Assembly: GCA_937968065.1 (NCBI GenBank)
Contig: CALBUD010000049.1
Coordinates: forward strand, 1 to 31,946
DNA: 31,946 nucleotides
Reading direction: 5' to 3'
From: Candidatus Iainarchaeum sp.
Lineage (GTDB): Archaea; Iainarchaeota; Iainarchaeia; Iainarchaeales; CSSED10-239
A program made the translations under genes and the position numbers. Shown in pieces: positions 7,967 to 17,100 of this stretch. The notes below the pieces were generated by a model, which had not been told where the DNA came from, ran no database searches, and was given only the letters and a program-made list of their open reading frames with translations. The first letter of the stretch is position 1. Every line of letters starts with the position of its first letter.

Positions 7967-8593
7967 TTATTTTTTCTTTGAAACTCCAACAGCTCCACTT
8001 TTTCTGAAAGATGATTTTGTTTTTTGTCCTCTTACAGTTAAGCCCCATTGAAGTCTTAATCCTCTATAACTTTTTGTTTTTCCTAAGTTTTGAAGATCTT
8101 TTCTATTTTCAAGTCTTAAATCTGCCATGATAAGATGTTTTTTATTTCCATCCATTGTTTTTGCTCTGTTTAATAACCAAACAGGAACTTCTTTATCTAA
8201 CTCAAGTATCATTTTTTCAATAATTTCTACATCTTCATCTGTTAAATAACCTGCTTTATTAGTTTTTTTTTCTGTTTTTTCAATAAATTTTTTTTCAATA
8301 ATTTTTGAAAGTCTATTTCCAACACCATATATAAAACAAACTCCATCTCCAATACTCATATATCCAGGAACATCTCTTCCACTTATTCTTATAACATGTT
8401 TAAAATCTTTTGATTCTTTTGAAAGATCTATGTGAGAAGGTGTTTTTCTTGTAGGTTGTTTAATAACTTTTTCAGGTTTTGTAACCTTTACAAAGGTAGA
8501 ATCTTTTTTACCTTTATTTCCTTTATTTTGTTTTGTAGGTTTTTTTGAAGAAGAACCTTTTTTTCCTTTATTATCTGTTTTCTTTTTAGCCAT
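7967..8593 (-). CDS. rps13: ribosomal protein uS13 with a roughly 60-aa Lys-rich N-terminal extension
   Basis: The core runs from DFKHVIRISGRDVPG... to YRGLRLQWGLTVRGQKTK. I moved the start to ATG 8593 (MAKKK); the track start at 8602 is GTG. Confidence 0.88.
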   Translation of the reverse strand: MAKKKTDNKGKKGSSSKKPTKQNKGNKGKKDSTFVKVTKPEKVIKQPTRKTPSHIDLSKESKDFKHVIRISGRDVPGYMSIGDGVCFIYGVGNRLSKIIEKKFIEKTEKKTNKAGYLTDEDVEIIEKMILELDKEVPVWLLNRAKTMDGNKKHLIMADLRLENRKDLQNLGKTKSYRGLRLQWGLTVRGQKTKSSFRKSGAVGVSKKK

Positions 8594-8619
8594 AAATAAC
8601 ACTCATTTTAAATATTTTT

Positions 8620-8775
8620 TTAAATAGGAAAAACATGAAATATACTTAATTTTATTTCTTTATCTTTTTGTTTATAAAAAACATTATTTCCTAAAACTTT
8701 TTCAATTTTTATTTTTTTTCCAAAATCTCTTCCCTGAACAATTATACATTCAGTTCCAACTTTTAAAACACCCAT
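8620..8775 (-). CDS. rpl14e: ribosomal protein eL14 (L14e), minimal 51-aa form; absent from the supplied ORF track
   Basis: My hand translation is MGVLKVGTECIIVQGRDFGKKIKIEKVLGNNVFYKQKDKEIKLSIFHVFPI followed by a stop. It shows a KOW-like G-x-x-C/V-x-x-x-x-G-R-D-x-G-K pattern and a terminal ...H-x-x-P like the L14e HLEPT. It occupies the syntenic slot next to eL34. Confidence 0.7.
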   Translation of the reverse strand: MGVLKVGTECIIVQGRDFGKKIKIEKVLGNNVFYKQKDKEIKLSIFHVFPI

Positions 8776-8788
8776 ATATCTTCACATT

Positions 8789-9130
8789 TTATTCTATTTT
8801 ATTTATTATCATATCAATATATTTTTTATATCTTAAGTCAACATCATCCATTGTTATGATATTATACTTTAACATAACTGCTTTTAGATAAATCTCTTTT
8901 CTAACATCAGGAGAAATCATTGATGCTAAAAGATTTTCAGGTCTTCTTTGTGTTTTTGTAAGTCTTAAAACTTCAAAAGGTCTTTTGTTATGAGGCATAC
9001 CTTGAAGAGGTTTTTTTGAAATTGCACAAACATGTTTACCTGGTGTTTTTTTTAAGATTAATCTTGAACTCTTTTTACCTGGAGTTTTTACAGTTTTATG
9101 TTTTTTAAATTTTTGATTAAAGCTTGGCAT
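8789..9130 (-). CDS. rpl34e: ribosomal protein eL34 (L34e)
   Basis: Contains KTVKTPGKKSSRLILKKTPGKHVCAISKKPLQG...TKTQRRPENLLAS. Only one Cys of the usual zinc-ribbon pattern is retained. GGTGA lies before the ATG. Confidence 0.8.
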   Translation of the reverse strand: MPSFNQKFKKHKTVKTPGKKSSRLILKKTPGKHVCAISKKPLQGMPHNKRPFEVLRLTKTQRRPENLLASMISPDVRKEIYLKAVMLKYNIITMDDVDLRYKKYIDMIINKIE

Positions 9131-9151
9131 ATTATTTCACCTAAATTAATT

Positions 9152-9610
9152 TTATTCTTTTAATTCTCCATCTGGATAATATTTTTTAACTAACTTTTTA
9201 TCATATATGTTGTTTATAACTAATGAGAAGATTACACCTAAGATAACATAAGCCCAAAAGCCAGAAACACTAAATAATAAAAAATTATATATAAATTCAT
9301 CATAATATTTTTTTACAAACCATAATAATGGAAAAGCAATTAATATCATTACAAGAAAAGATTTTTGTTGAAGCTTAAATTGTTTTCCAACAAGTCCAAA
9401 AGCCTCTTTTTGTTTTGCTTTTACTTCTTGCATTTTTTGTTCATTTGCAAGTTTTTTCATTTCTTTATTTATTTTTTTACTTTTTAATTTTATATAAAAA
9501 TAATCTTTAGGATTAATTGTAAAATGCTGTATTAACTTACTTAAAAATGCAAAGATTAAAGATATTAAAATCATATCAATCCAAAAATTTATTATAGGAG
9601 ATTCAAACAT
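9152..9610 (-). CDS. DUF106 / EMC3-TMCO1-like (Oxa1 superfamily) membrane protein
   Basis: 152 aa. It has a TM helix, then a basic coiled-coil hairpin (KKINKEMKKLANEQKMQEVKAKQKEAF), then two more TM segments. It sits immediately after secY, the conserved archaeal position for this family. Confidence 0.7.
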   Translation of the reverse strand: MFESPIINFWIDMILISLIFAFLSKLIQHFTINPKDYFYIKLKSKKINKEMKKLANEQKMQEVKAKQKEAFGLVGKQFKLQQKSFLVMILIAFPLLWFVKKYYDEFIYNFLLFSVSGFWAYVILGVIFSLVINNIYDKKLVKKYYPDGELKE

Positions 9611-9627
9611 TTTTTTTCTTTCCTTTT

Positions 9628-10959
9628 TTATTTTTTACCTGCTACTTGTTTTAAAAGATCACTATTTTGGAAAACTTGATCTTTTGCTAAAACTTCATAA
9701 ATCTTATAAATTACACCAACAGTTAATAAAATACCTGTTCCAGACCCTATCGCCCCTGTTAAATCAGAAACAAAAGCTAAAAGTCCAACAAATATTGAAC
9801 CCAATATCGTTATTGTTGGGATGTATCTATTTAAAACTGTTGCAAGCACCCTTTCATCTCTTCTAAAACCAGGTATTGACATTCCTGAATTTTGAAGTTG
9901 TCTTGCAACTGCATTTGCATCCTGTCCACCAACTATAACCCAGAATTTTCCAAAAATCACACATGTTGTAACAAATAAAATCATATAAATTAAAGCATTT
10001 ATCCACATATCTGGTGTGGTTCCACCTAAAATTGCATTTTCTAAAAGCTGATATTGAGGAGTTAAAATTTCACCAATTTTAAACATTATATTTTCAAGCC
10101 TTGTGTTTCTGGCAAGATTTACTAAAAGATTGACATTGGCAAACAAAGTTGATGCAAAAATTACAGGCATTACAGAAACATACAAAAGCTTTACAGGGTA
10201 TTTGGCCCCCATTCCACTTCTTCCAACCGTTAATGGAATATTTACATGCATTCCTTCAACATAAACAACTAAAAGGAATACTAAAATTGTCATTAATAGA
10301 GGAATTATTACAAAAGTTAAAAGTTGAATCATTGCACCTGTACTTACAAAGTCAACAGCCATAAAAATTAATCCACCTGTTGATCCTGCCATTGGAGGTG
10401 AAAAAATTCTCCAAATAATTGTTTGAGAAACACCTGCAGCAATAAACAAACCAATTCCAGAACCAATTCCGTATTTTGTAACAACTTCATCAAGATAAAG
10501 AATAATTATTGCACCAATAACAACCTGAAGCATTACAAATAAACCCATTCCAGGCATAGGCGCTAAAAAACCTATTTTTACAGCAACAATAGCTTCAACA
10601 ACAGATAAAACTACAGCAGAAACTTTTTGTAAAATACTGAATTTTGCTCTATCTGTAGGATTTGAAAAATCTAAATTAATTATTTTAACTCCAACTAACA
10701 ATTGAAGAATAATAGATGCAAGAACAATTGGACCAATTCCTAAAGTTATCAAAGTTCCTATTTGACTTGCAAGAATCATTTGAAGATATTCTAATTGAGG
10801 AAGTTGAGATTGATCAATTCCAATAAGCATAACAGTTCCAAGAATAAAAAACACAACTAAGACTATAGCCGTCCATATTAATTTAGTTTTTATAGAAAGA
10901 GATTTTTGAGGATCTCTTACAGATGGAAATATGCTTTGAGCAATTGAATAAAAACTCAT
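9628..10959 (-). CDS. secY: preprotein translocase subunit SecY
   Basis: 443 aa and polytopic (about 10 TM segments). It follows uL15 with a 4-nt overlap, and GGAGG lies upstream. Confidence 0.93.
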   Translation of the reverse strand: MSFYSIAQSIFPSVRDPQKSLSIKTKLIWTAIVLVVFFILGTVMLIGIDQSQLPQLEYLQMILASQIGTLITLGIGPIVLASIILQLLVGVKIINLDFSNPTDRAKFSILQKVSAVVLSVVEAIVAVKIGFLAPMPGMGLFVMLQVVIGAIIILYLDEVVTKYGIGSGIGLFIAAGVSQTIIWRIFSPPMAGSTGGLIFMAVDFVSTGAMIQLLTFVIIPLLMTILVFLLVVYVEGMHVNIPLTVGRSGMGAKYPVKLLYVSVMPVIFASTLFANVNLLVNLARNTRLENIMFKIGEILTPQYQLLENAILGGTTPDMWINALIYMILFVTTCVIFGKFWVIVGGQDANAVARQLQNSGMSIPGFRRDERVLATVLNRYIPTITILGSIFVGLLAFVSDLTGAIGSGTGILLTVGVIYKIYEVLAKDQVFQNSDLLKQVAGKK

Positions 10960-11336
10960 TCAATAACTCCTCCCTTTTTTTCAATTTTTTCTTTTGCTGT
11001 TTTTGTTAAAATTGCATTTTTTACTTTTATTGATTTTAAGATATTACCAGTTCCTAAGATTTTATCAAAACCAATTTCTTTTAAATCAATTGTATCTGTG
11101 TTAACTAAATATTTATTTAAATCATGTAAAGTTATTGTTCTTAATTTTTCTTTTGCTCTAAGTCTTGGAGATAATAATTTTCTTTTACCAATCATTACAT
11201 AATATTTTGTAAACTTATGTTTAAAAGAACCTGCTCTACCAGCGCCACCTTTACAACCAGCACCTCTTTTGTTTTTGGTATTTCCTTTACCGTGAGTTCT
11301 TTTACCTCTTAACCTATCTACTTTTGATTTACTCAT
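10956..11336 (-). CDS. rpl15: ribosomal protein uL15
   Basis: Contains RGKRTHGKGNTKNKRGAGCKGGAGRAGSFKHKF. Confidence 0.9.
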   Translation of the reverse strand: MSKSKVDRLRGKRTHGKGNTKNKRGAGCKGGAGRAGSFKHKFTKYYVMIGKRKLLSPRLRAKEKLRTITLHDLNKYLVNTDTIDLKEIGFDKILGTGNILKSIKVKNAILTKTAKEKIEKKGGVIE

Positions 11337-11347
11337 AAAATATCACA

Positions 11348-11809
11348 TTAAATCATTCTTTTTAATAAAAGATTTATTTTTTCTTTTCTATAACCTAAGG
11401 CACCACCTTCGACATAGGTTTTTTTAATACCTTGTCTATCATATCCTTTTGAAGGAGGTTTTAGTCTAAATACAGGTTTTATATTTAAGTCTTTTACTTT
11501 TGTTTTACCTGAATAAATATCATTAATAATTTTATCTAAATCTTTTTTAAAATGTTCTTTAAAAGAAATTAATTTGTTTTCTTTTGTATAAACACAGCCT
11601 CTCTTAACTAATAATTTTTTTAAAACTTCTTCTGAGATTTCTCCCCAAGTTATATAATCTTTTGATTTTTTTAAAAGACCTTGAAGATATTTATCATCAT
11701 TATACAAAACACAATGGTTTGCTCTTGTAAGACGCATTAAAGAAAGTGCTTTTTCAATTTCTTTTTTAACCTTTACAGGTCCTCTAACTCTTAATATTGC
11801 AATCAACAT
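11348..11809 (-). CDS. rpl30: ribosomal protein uL30
   Basis: Begins MLIAILRVRGPVKVKKEIEKALSLMRLTRANHCVL. Archaeal-length form (153 aa). Confidence 0.9.
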   Translation of the reverse strand: MLIAILRVRGPVKVKKEIEKALSLMRLTRANHCVLYNDDKYLQGLLKKSKDYITWGEISEEVLKKLLVKRGCVYTKENKLISFKEHFKKDLDKIINDIYSGKTKVKDLNIKPVFRLKPPSKGYDRQGIKKTYVEGGALGYRKEKINLLLKRMI

Positions 11810-11826
11810 ATTTTTTTCACATATTT

Positions 11827-12534
11827 TTAATTTTCTTCAAGTTTTTCAGGGAATGATTTAAGTTTACTTAAATTATGAAGAGCATTTATTGCAGCTTTTA
11901 CAAAATTAAGTTTTGTATCTGTTGCTCCTCTTGTTTTTGACCAAACATTTGTAATTCCAGCAAGTTCAAAAACTGGTTTTATAGATTCACTTACAGCAAG
12001 ACCAACACCTTTTGGAGCAGGTAAAAGTTCAACTCTTAAAGAGGCACATTTTCCTATAATTCTATAAGGTACTGAATTATCATCATAAGTGTTACTTTCC
12101 CAACTTCCAGAACCTCTTTTTACACTAATCAGGTTTAATTTTGCTTTTTGTATTGCTTTTTCTTGAGCATTAAATCTTTCAATATTTTTTGAAGAGCCAA
12201 TACCGATATGACCATTCATATCTCCAACAATAGCAGTTACTCTAAAAGAAAAATGTCTTCCAGCTCTTGTAACTCTTGTTGTTTTTTTAACATCTACAAT
12301 TTTATGTTTTATTTCAGGTATTAAAAAATCTACAATTTCAGATTCCATTATTCTTCCAAATTTTAAAGCATCATCTAAAGTGGTTATTTCTCCACCCTTT
12401 ACTTTTCTACCTAAGTTTGTTTTAGGTGTCCATAGCTCTTTGTTAAAGACAGGTTCTCTTGAAGCTCTGTCTTGTCTTGGTCTTGATCCTCTTTCTTTTC
12501 TATTTGGTTGATTTTCTTTATTTTCTTTTAACAT
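11827..12534 (-). CDS. rps5: ribosomal protein uS5
   Basis: Contains VTRAGRHFSFRVTAIVGDMNGHIGIGSSK...LLPAPKGVGL. Confidence 0.92.
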   Translation of the reverse strand: MLKENKENQPNRKERGSRPRQDRASREPVFNKELWTPKTNLGRKVKGGEITTLDDALKFGRIMESEIVDFLIPEIKHKIVDVKKTTRVTRAGRHFSFRVTAIVGDMNGHIGIGSSKNIERFNAQEKAIQKAKLNLISVKRGSGSWESNTYDDNSVPYRIIGKCASLRVELLPAPKGVGLAVSESIKPVFELAGITNVWSKTRGATDTKLNFVKAAINALHNLSKLKSFPEKLEEN

Positions 12535-12556
12535 AAAATATCACATTATTATAAAT

Positions 12557-13072
12557 TTATTTTTTTGAAAGTATTTTTTGTCTAACCTCTAAAAAATCTT
12601 TATCTATATTTTTTTTTAAATATTCTGAAACATGTTTTCCTTCAATTCTTGCCTCATCTGGAAAAGCTTTTGGATCGTGAGGACAAATAATACCAGCATC
12701 AATAATCCCTTTTAATGCTGCATAAATTCTAGATTTTGATTTAAAATTTTTAACTCCTGTATCAAAGATGACAGATTCAATTTTTTTTTCTTTAGCTAAA
12801 ACACCTGTTAAAAGACCTGTTAAATAAATTGCAGAAGTGTTTTTTAAAGAATGGTTCCAACCATATTTTTTTAGTTCTTTTGAAGTTATAAAAACTAAAG
12901 AAACGTCTCCTTCTTCTTTATAATCAACAATTTGTGTTCTTACTAAACTATTAGATATTCTAACTATAAATCTTTTTTGTTTTGATCTTAAAAATTTTAA
13001 TCTTTTATTATAATCTGTTTTTTGATCTCTTTTTCTTCTAAAAGGTAGATTATATGTAGGTCCTATTTTCAT
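12557..13072 (-). CDS. rpl18: ribosomal protein uL18
   Basis: Contains FRRKRDQKTDYNKRLKFLRSKQKRFIVRISNSLVRTQIV, the archaeal L18/L5e pattern. Confidence 0.9.
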   Translation of the reverse strand: MKIGPTYNLPFRRKRDQKTDYNKRLKFLRSKQKRFIVRISNSLVRTQIVDYKEEGDVSLVFITSKELKKYGWNHSLKNTSAIYLTGLLTGVLAKEKKIESVIFDTGVKNFKSKSRIYAALKGIIDAGIICPHDPKAFPDEARIEGKHVSEYLKKNIDKDFLEVRQKILSKK

Positions 13073-13518
13073 TAATTTTCACCATTAATATATTCTTCTA
13101 AATGTTTTTTACCCTTAAAGTAATTTCCTTTAATTCTTAAATATGTTTTATTATAATTTTTTCCATTAAGTTTATCTTCTTTTTTAAGTTCTCTTAATTT
13201 CTTTCTTAAAGCTCTTACTTTTAAATTATATTCATTAGTTGTTTTTCTTGCACTTTTAGTTCCTTTTCTTTTACCAAGGCCTCTTTTTCTTTTTAATTTT
13301 TTCTTTTCAAGTAAGATTCTTGCACGTCCTCTAGAGTGGCCTGTGTTTGGTTTCTTTTTAACTACACCTTCAATAATTATTTTTCTAGCATCATCTTTTG
13401 TAATAGCATCAGATACCATTTTTTTATTAGTTACTAATTTTTCAGTATTTAATTTTAGTTTATGCTTTCCTTTTTTTAAAATTTTTGAAGCCATTGATTT
13501 AAGTTTATTTAATTTCAT
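13072..13518 (-). CDS. rpl19e: ribosomal protein eL19 (L19e)
   Basis: Contains HSRGRARILLEKKKLKRKRGLGKRKGTKSARK. Position between eL32 and uL18. Confidence 0.9.
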   Translation of the reverse strand: MKLNKLKSMASKILKKGKHKLKLNTEKLVTNKKMVSDAITKDDARKIIIEGVVKKKPNTGHSRGRARILLEKKKLKRKRGLGKRKGTKSARKTTNEYNLKVRALRKKLRELKKEDKLNGKNYNKTYLRIKGNYFKGKKHLEEYINGEN

Positions 13519-13530
13519 GAAAATTCACAT

Positions 13531-13872
13531 TTAATTTAAAATTTTTAAATTTTTTTCTTTTGCAAACTTTGTAAGTTCAATTTTCTTTTTTGCACCAAGT
13601 CTTTTACTAAATCTAACTGCAATCTTATTTGTATCTAAAATATTTAATAAATCTGTTTTTGAATAAACTAAAATTTCTTTAAACTTACTTGGATGCATAT
13701 GTTTTTCATCTTTTTTATGTCCATAACCTATTTTTGGCATAGGCCCTCTTTTTTCTGAAAGAGATCTATCAATACCTCTAGGAAATCTCCATGCTTGAAC
13801 ATCTCTTCTCTTTTTTTTTCTTCTAGTTGTTAACCCATAATGGGCTCTGAAGTTAGGGGTGTCTTTACTCAT
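13531..13872 (-). CDS. rpl32e: ribosomal protein eL32 (L32e)
   Basis: Contains FRAHYGLTTRRKKKRRDVQAWRFPRGIDRS...PKIGYGHKK. The start is ambiguous: ATGs at 13881, 13878 and 13872, and a TTG at 13884. Confidence 0.85.
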   Translation of the reverse strand: MSKDTPNFRAHYGLTTRRKKKRRDVQAWRFPRGIDRSLSEKRGPMPKIGYGHKKDEKHMHPSKFKEILVYSKTDLLNILDTNKIAVRFSKRLGAKKKIELTKFAKEKNLKILN

Positions 13873-13892
13873 AATCATCATCAATTAAAAAT

Positions 13893-14453
13893 TTATTTTG
13901 CTTTTTCAACAATATAAATACCATCATCAAAAACTCTATAATCTTTATTTTTCATTCTAGTTTTTGCTTCTATTGCTCCAGCTGTTTGACCAACAGCTTG
14001 TTTATCTTTTCCAGAAAGAACGATTTCTTTTCCATTAACTTGAATATTTACATTTTTTGAAATTGAAACAACTCTTGGTTTTTTTTCTCCATAAAAATTT
14101 GAAATTATTAATTTATTTTTATCTATTTTAACAGTCATTGGAAAGTGAGAATATACAACTTCCATTTTATAAACATAATCTTTAGAAAAACCATTAACAG
14201 CATTATTAATTATCTTTTTAATTGTATTTGAAACAGATAAAAACATTTTTTTCTTATTATTTGGTTTAATAGTTATAGTATTATCTTTTACATCTACAGA
14301 TACAAAAACGTGATTGTATGGAATTGTTAAAATATCATCTCCTTTTTTTAAAATTACAGAATCTTTTTCTATACTACATACAATCTCTTGAGGAATTGTC
14401 AAAACATTCTCTTTAATTTCTTTTTTATTTTTCTTTTCAGTCACAAAAATCAC
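13893..14453 (-). CDS. rpl6: ribosomal protein uL6
   Basis: Two-domain L6 pattern (...VLSGKDKQAVGQTAGAIEAKTRMKNKDYRVFDDGIY). There is no ATG at the 5' end, so the start is GTG at 14453 or 14444. Confidence 0.88.
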   Translation of the reverse strand: MIFVTEKKNKKEIKENVLTIPQEIVCSIEKDSVILKKGDDILTIPYNHVFVSVDVKDNTITIKPNNKKKMFLSVSNTIKKIINNAVNGFSKDYVYKMEVVYSHFPMTVKIDKNKLIISNFYGEKKPRVVSISKNVNIQVNGKEIVLSGKDKQAVGQTAGAIEAKTRMKNKDYRVFDDGIYIVEKAK

Positions 14454-14465
14454 TTTAAAAATATT

Positions 14466-14855
14466 TTAATAAATGTATGCAAGCAATCTACCACCAAGTT
14501 TTTTTTGCTTTGCATTTTTGTGTGTCATAACACCACTTGTAGTACTTACAATTAAAACACCAACATCTCTTGAAATTAAGAAAGATTTTTCAAATTTTTC
14601 AAAATCATCGTGTTTTACAGCAAATCTTGGTTTTATTGCCTTACATTTATTTATTCTACCATATAGATAAACAACTACTTTTTTATAAGGTGGTTTATCT
14701 ATTATCTTATAATTATTTATATAACCTTCAGACTTTAAGACAGTTAAAACATTTTCAAGTAACTTTGAATGATTTAACAGACAAGTCTTTTTTGCTACAT
14801 TTTCAGCATTATTTATATTATTTAAAGCATTTGCAATTGGGTCATTTAAACTCAT
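14466..14855 (-). CDS. rps8: ribosomal protein uS8
   Basis: Begins MSLNDPIANALNNINNAE and contains ...VSTTSGVMTHKNAKQKKLGGRLLAYIY. I moved the start to ATG 14855, which is preceded by AGGTGA; the track start is GTG. Confidence 0.92.
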   Translation of the reverse strand: MSLNDPIANALNNINNAENVAKKTCLLNHSKLLENVLTVLKSEGYINNYKIIDKPPYKKVVVYLYGRINKCKAIKPRFAVKHDDFEKFEKSFLISRDVGVLIVSTTSGVMTHKNAKQKKLGGRLLAYIY

Positions 14856-14883
14856 TGATTTCACCTAATGACATATAATTTTT

Positions 14884-15072
14884 TTAATCATATTTTTTAA
14901 AACCTAAATCTAAAGCAATATCATTAAAACATCTTCTACAGATTCTTAAATTGTATTTAGAGATAACACCTCTAAAAGTGCCACACATTTTACAAGCTTT
15001 AGATCTTTGATATTCTTTACTGGTTTTACTAATTTTATTTACTTTTTTTGGTTTTTTTTCATTTGTAGTCAT
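14884..15072 (-). CDS. rps14: ribosomal protein uS14 (zinc-binding type)
   Basis: Contains CKMCGTFRGVISKYNLRICRRCF. There is an ATGA start/stop overlap with uL5. Confidence 0.92.
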   Translation of the reverse strand: MTTNEKKPKKVNKISKTSKEYQRSKACKMCGTFRGVISKYNLRICRRCFNDIALDLGFKKYD

Positions 15073-15593
15073 TCAACCACTACCTTTAATTTTTCTTGTG
15101 CAAAATTAATTGCATCTTCTTTAGATACTTTTTGTTTTTGTCCTACTTTTGAAGTATTATGTTTTCTTAATTTTACTCTATAACCTTTTCTTTTTAAGTT
15201 TACACAAACATCAAACCCTTTAATACCTAAATCAGGGTCATATTTAATTCCAGGGACGTCTAAATATTCGTGAATACCGTATGAAAAATTACCATCTTTT
15301 GTAAAACTTTTTCTTTTTAATTTATTTCTTTTTGCTTTTAAAGTCAATATTAAAAAATCATGAGCATCTTGTCCTCTTAAAGTTGTTTTACAACCTATTG
15401 GCAGTCCAGGTCTTATACCCCATGTTGGAAGTTTTACTTTACAAATTGTTTTTACTGCTTTTTTATTTGAGATCAATTTAATTATTTTTGATGCTTTTTC
15501 AATTTCAGCACCAGATTCTCCCACTCCTATGTTTATAACAACTTTGTCAATAAAAACATCTTTCATAACATTTTCTTTATTTTCTTTTAACAT
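15069..15593 (-). CDS. rpl5: ribosomal protein uL5
   Basis: Contains VVINIGVGESG...LPTWGIRPGLPIGCKTTLRG...YDPDLGIKGFDV. Confidence 0.92.
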   Translation of the reverse strand: MLKENKENVMKDVFIDKVVINIGVGESGAEIEKASKIIKLISNKKAVKTICKVKLPTWGIRPGLPIGCKTTLRGQDAHDFLILTLKAKRNKLKRKSFTKDGNFSYGIHEYLDVPGIKYDPDLGIKGFDVCVNLKRKGYRVKLRKHNTSKVGQKQKVSKEDAINFAQEKLKVVVE

Positions 15594-15607
15594 AAAATAT
15601 CACATAT

Positions 15608-16297
15608 TCAATTAATAACAATAATATTTTTTTCAATAGTCTCAAAATCAATATCATTTGCTTTTAATTTTATTAAAGTCGGTCTTTTCATAGTTCCTTC
15701 TTTAATATCTTCTATTTTTCCTTTTTGACCAACGTGCTTTCCTGCAAAAACAAAAACATCTCTTCCTTTTTCTAAAGGGAAATATTCTTTTATAGTATTT
15801 TCTAAAAGATTAAGTTTTATTGATGCAGAAGTTTTATATGCTTGATTTGGAGTTATTAAAATTCTTCCATCATTTGTAGATAATTGTATTTGTCCGTTTT
15901 TAATTATTTTTTTTGAAATTATTTTACAAATTTTATAGTCGGCATCTACTTTTTCAATTTCTTTTAAAACATATGCTCCATTTGTTGCATATTCTAAAGT
16001 ATAATATTTTTCTAATTTTGGAATTTCTATAATATCGTATAATCCTACAGGAAGATTATATTTTTTTACAATTTTTTTATCAACTATAATTTCTTTATTG
16101 TTAATTATATATTTTACTTCTTTTGTATTATCACAAAGATTTAAAATGTGTTTTAAAACAAAACCAATTGATATTGCGGTATTTTTATTATGTTTACCTG
16201 GTTTTGGGTTATAAATAAATCTTTTTATTTTTGAAATTCCAGTAATAGATAAAGAATTATTTATCTTTAAACATTTGGTTTCTCCTTTATTTGCCAT
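15608..16297 (-). CDS. rps4e: ribosomal protein eS4 (S4e)
   Basis: S4e architecture, with the KOW region FVFAGKHVGQKGKIEDI. I moved the start to ATG 16297 (MANKGE), which is preceded by GGGTGA; the track start is GTG. Confidence 0.88.
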   Translation of the reverse strand: MANKGETKCLKINNSLSITGISKIKRFIYNPKPGKHNKNTAISIGFVLKHILNLCDNTKEVKYIINNKEIIVDKKIVKKYNLPVGLYDIIEIPKLEKYYTLEYATNGAYVLKEIEKVDADYKICKIISKKIIKNGQIQLSTNDGRILITPNQAYKTSASIKLNLLENTIKEYFPLEKGRDVFVFAGKHVGQKGKIEDIKEGTMKRPTLIKLKANDIDFETIEKNIIVIN

Positions 16298-16673
16298 TTG
16301 ATTCACCCTTTTTTATTAGGTTTTTTTTTTCTAATCTTTTACTATCACTTAATACTAAATCTGTAATTAATAAATTTGATGCAACTAAAGGACTCATTTT
16401 TTCTTGAGCTCTTGCATTTTTATATTTAATTTCTTTAACATATATTTTAGATTTAGAATAATCTACTTTTTCAACTTTTCCTGTTTTACCTTTATTATCT
16501 CCAACAATTACTTTTACAGAATCTCCTTTTCTTATAGATATTCTTTTTAAATTATGTTTTTTTTGTAAATCTTTATCTAAAGGACAAACTAATAATTTTC
16601 TTCTTTTATGAAGAGGAGCTTTATAGATTTTCAATCTTTGTTTACCTGGATTTTTTGTAGATATTTTTTTCAT
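16287..16673 (-). CDS. rpl24: ribosomal protein uL24
   Basis: Contains the KOW motif IRKGDSVKVIVGDNKGKTGKVEKV. Confidence 0.9.
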   Translation of the reverse strand: MKKISTKNPGKQRLKIYKAPLHKRRKLLVCPLDKDLQKKHNLKRISIRKGDSVKVIVGDNKGKTGKVEKVDYSKSKIYVKEIKYKNARAQEKMSPLVASNLLITDLVLSDSKRLEKKNLIKKGESNGK

Positions 16674-16701
16674 TCTAAATCATATTTTTAATTTTATAAA
16701 T

Positions 16702-17100
16702 TTAAATTACACTAGATGCAAGCCCTGCAATTTTTGGAAACCTTTCTCCAACTTCTTTTGCAACACATCCTTTAACTTCTGATGATTTTGGAAATCCTTT
16801 TGCATCAGTTAAAACTACTGCATTATCTTCAAAACAAATTCTCAAACCATTTTTTCTTCTATATTCTTTTTTAACTCTGACAATAACAGCTTTTTCCATT
16901 TTTTTTCTAGTGTTAGGAGTTCCTTTCTTAACAACAACATTTACAAGTGCTGCAATTCCAGCCGAAGCAATCTGTCTTTTTCTTGCTTTATATTTATAAA
17001 CAGAAATTATTTCAACAATTTTCGCACCGCTGTTATCACTACAATTACATCTTGAACCAATTATTAAACCTTTTACAGCTTTTGCACTAATTTGCTTCAT
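16702..17100 (-). CDS. rpl14: ribosomal protein uL14
   Basis: Contains CSDNSGAKIVEIISV...VVKKGTPNTRKKMEKAVIVR...FEDNAVVL. GGTGAT lies before the ATG. Confidence 0.93.
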   Translation of the reverse strand: MKQISAKAVKGLIIGSRCNCSDNSGAKIVEIISVYKYKARKRQIASAGIAALVNVVVKKGTPNTRKKMEKAVIVRVKKEYRRKNGLRICFEDNAVVLTDAKGFPKSSEVKGCVAKEVGERFPKIAGLASSVI

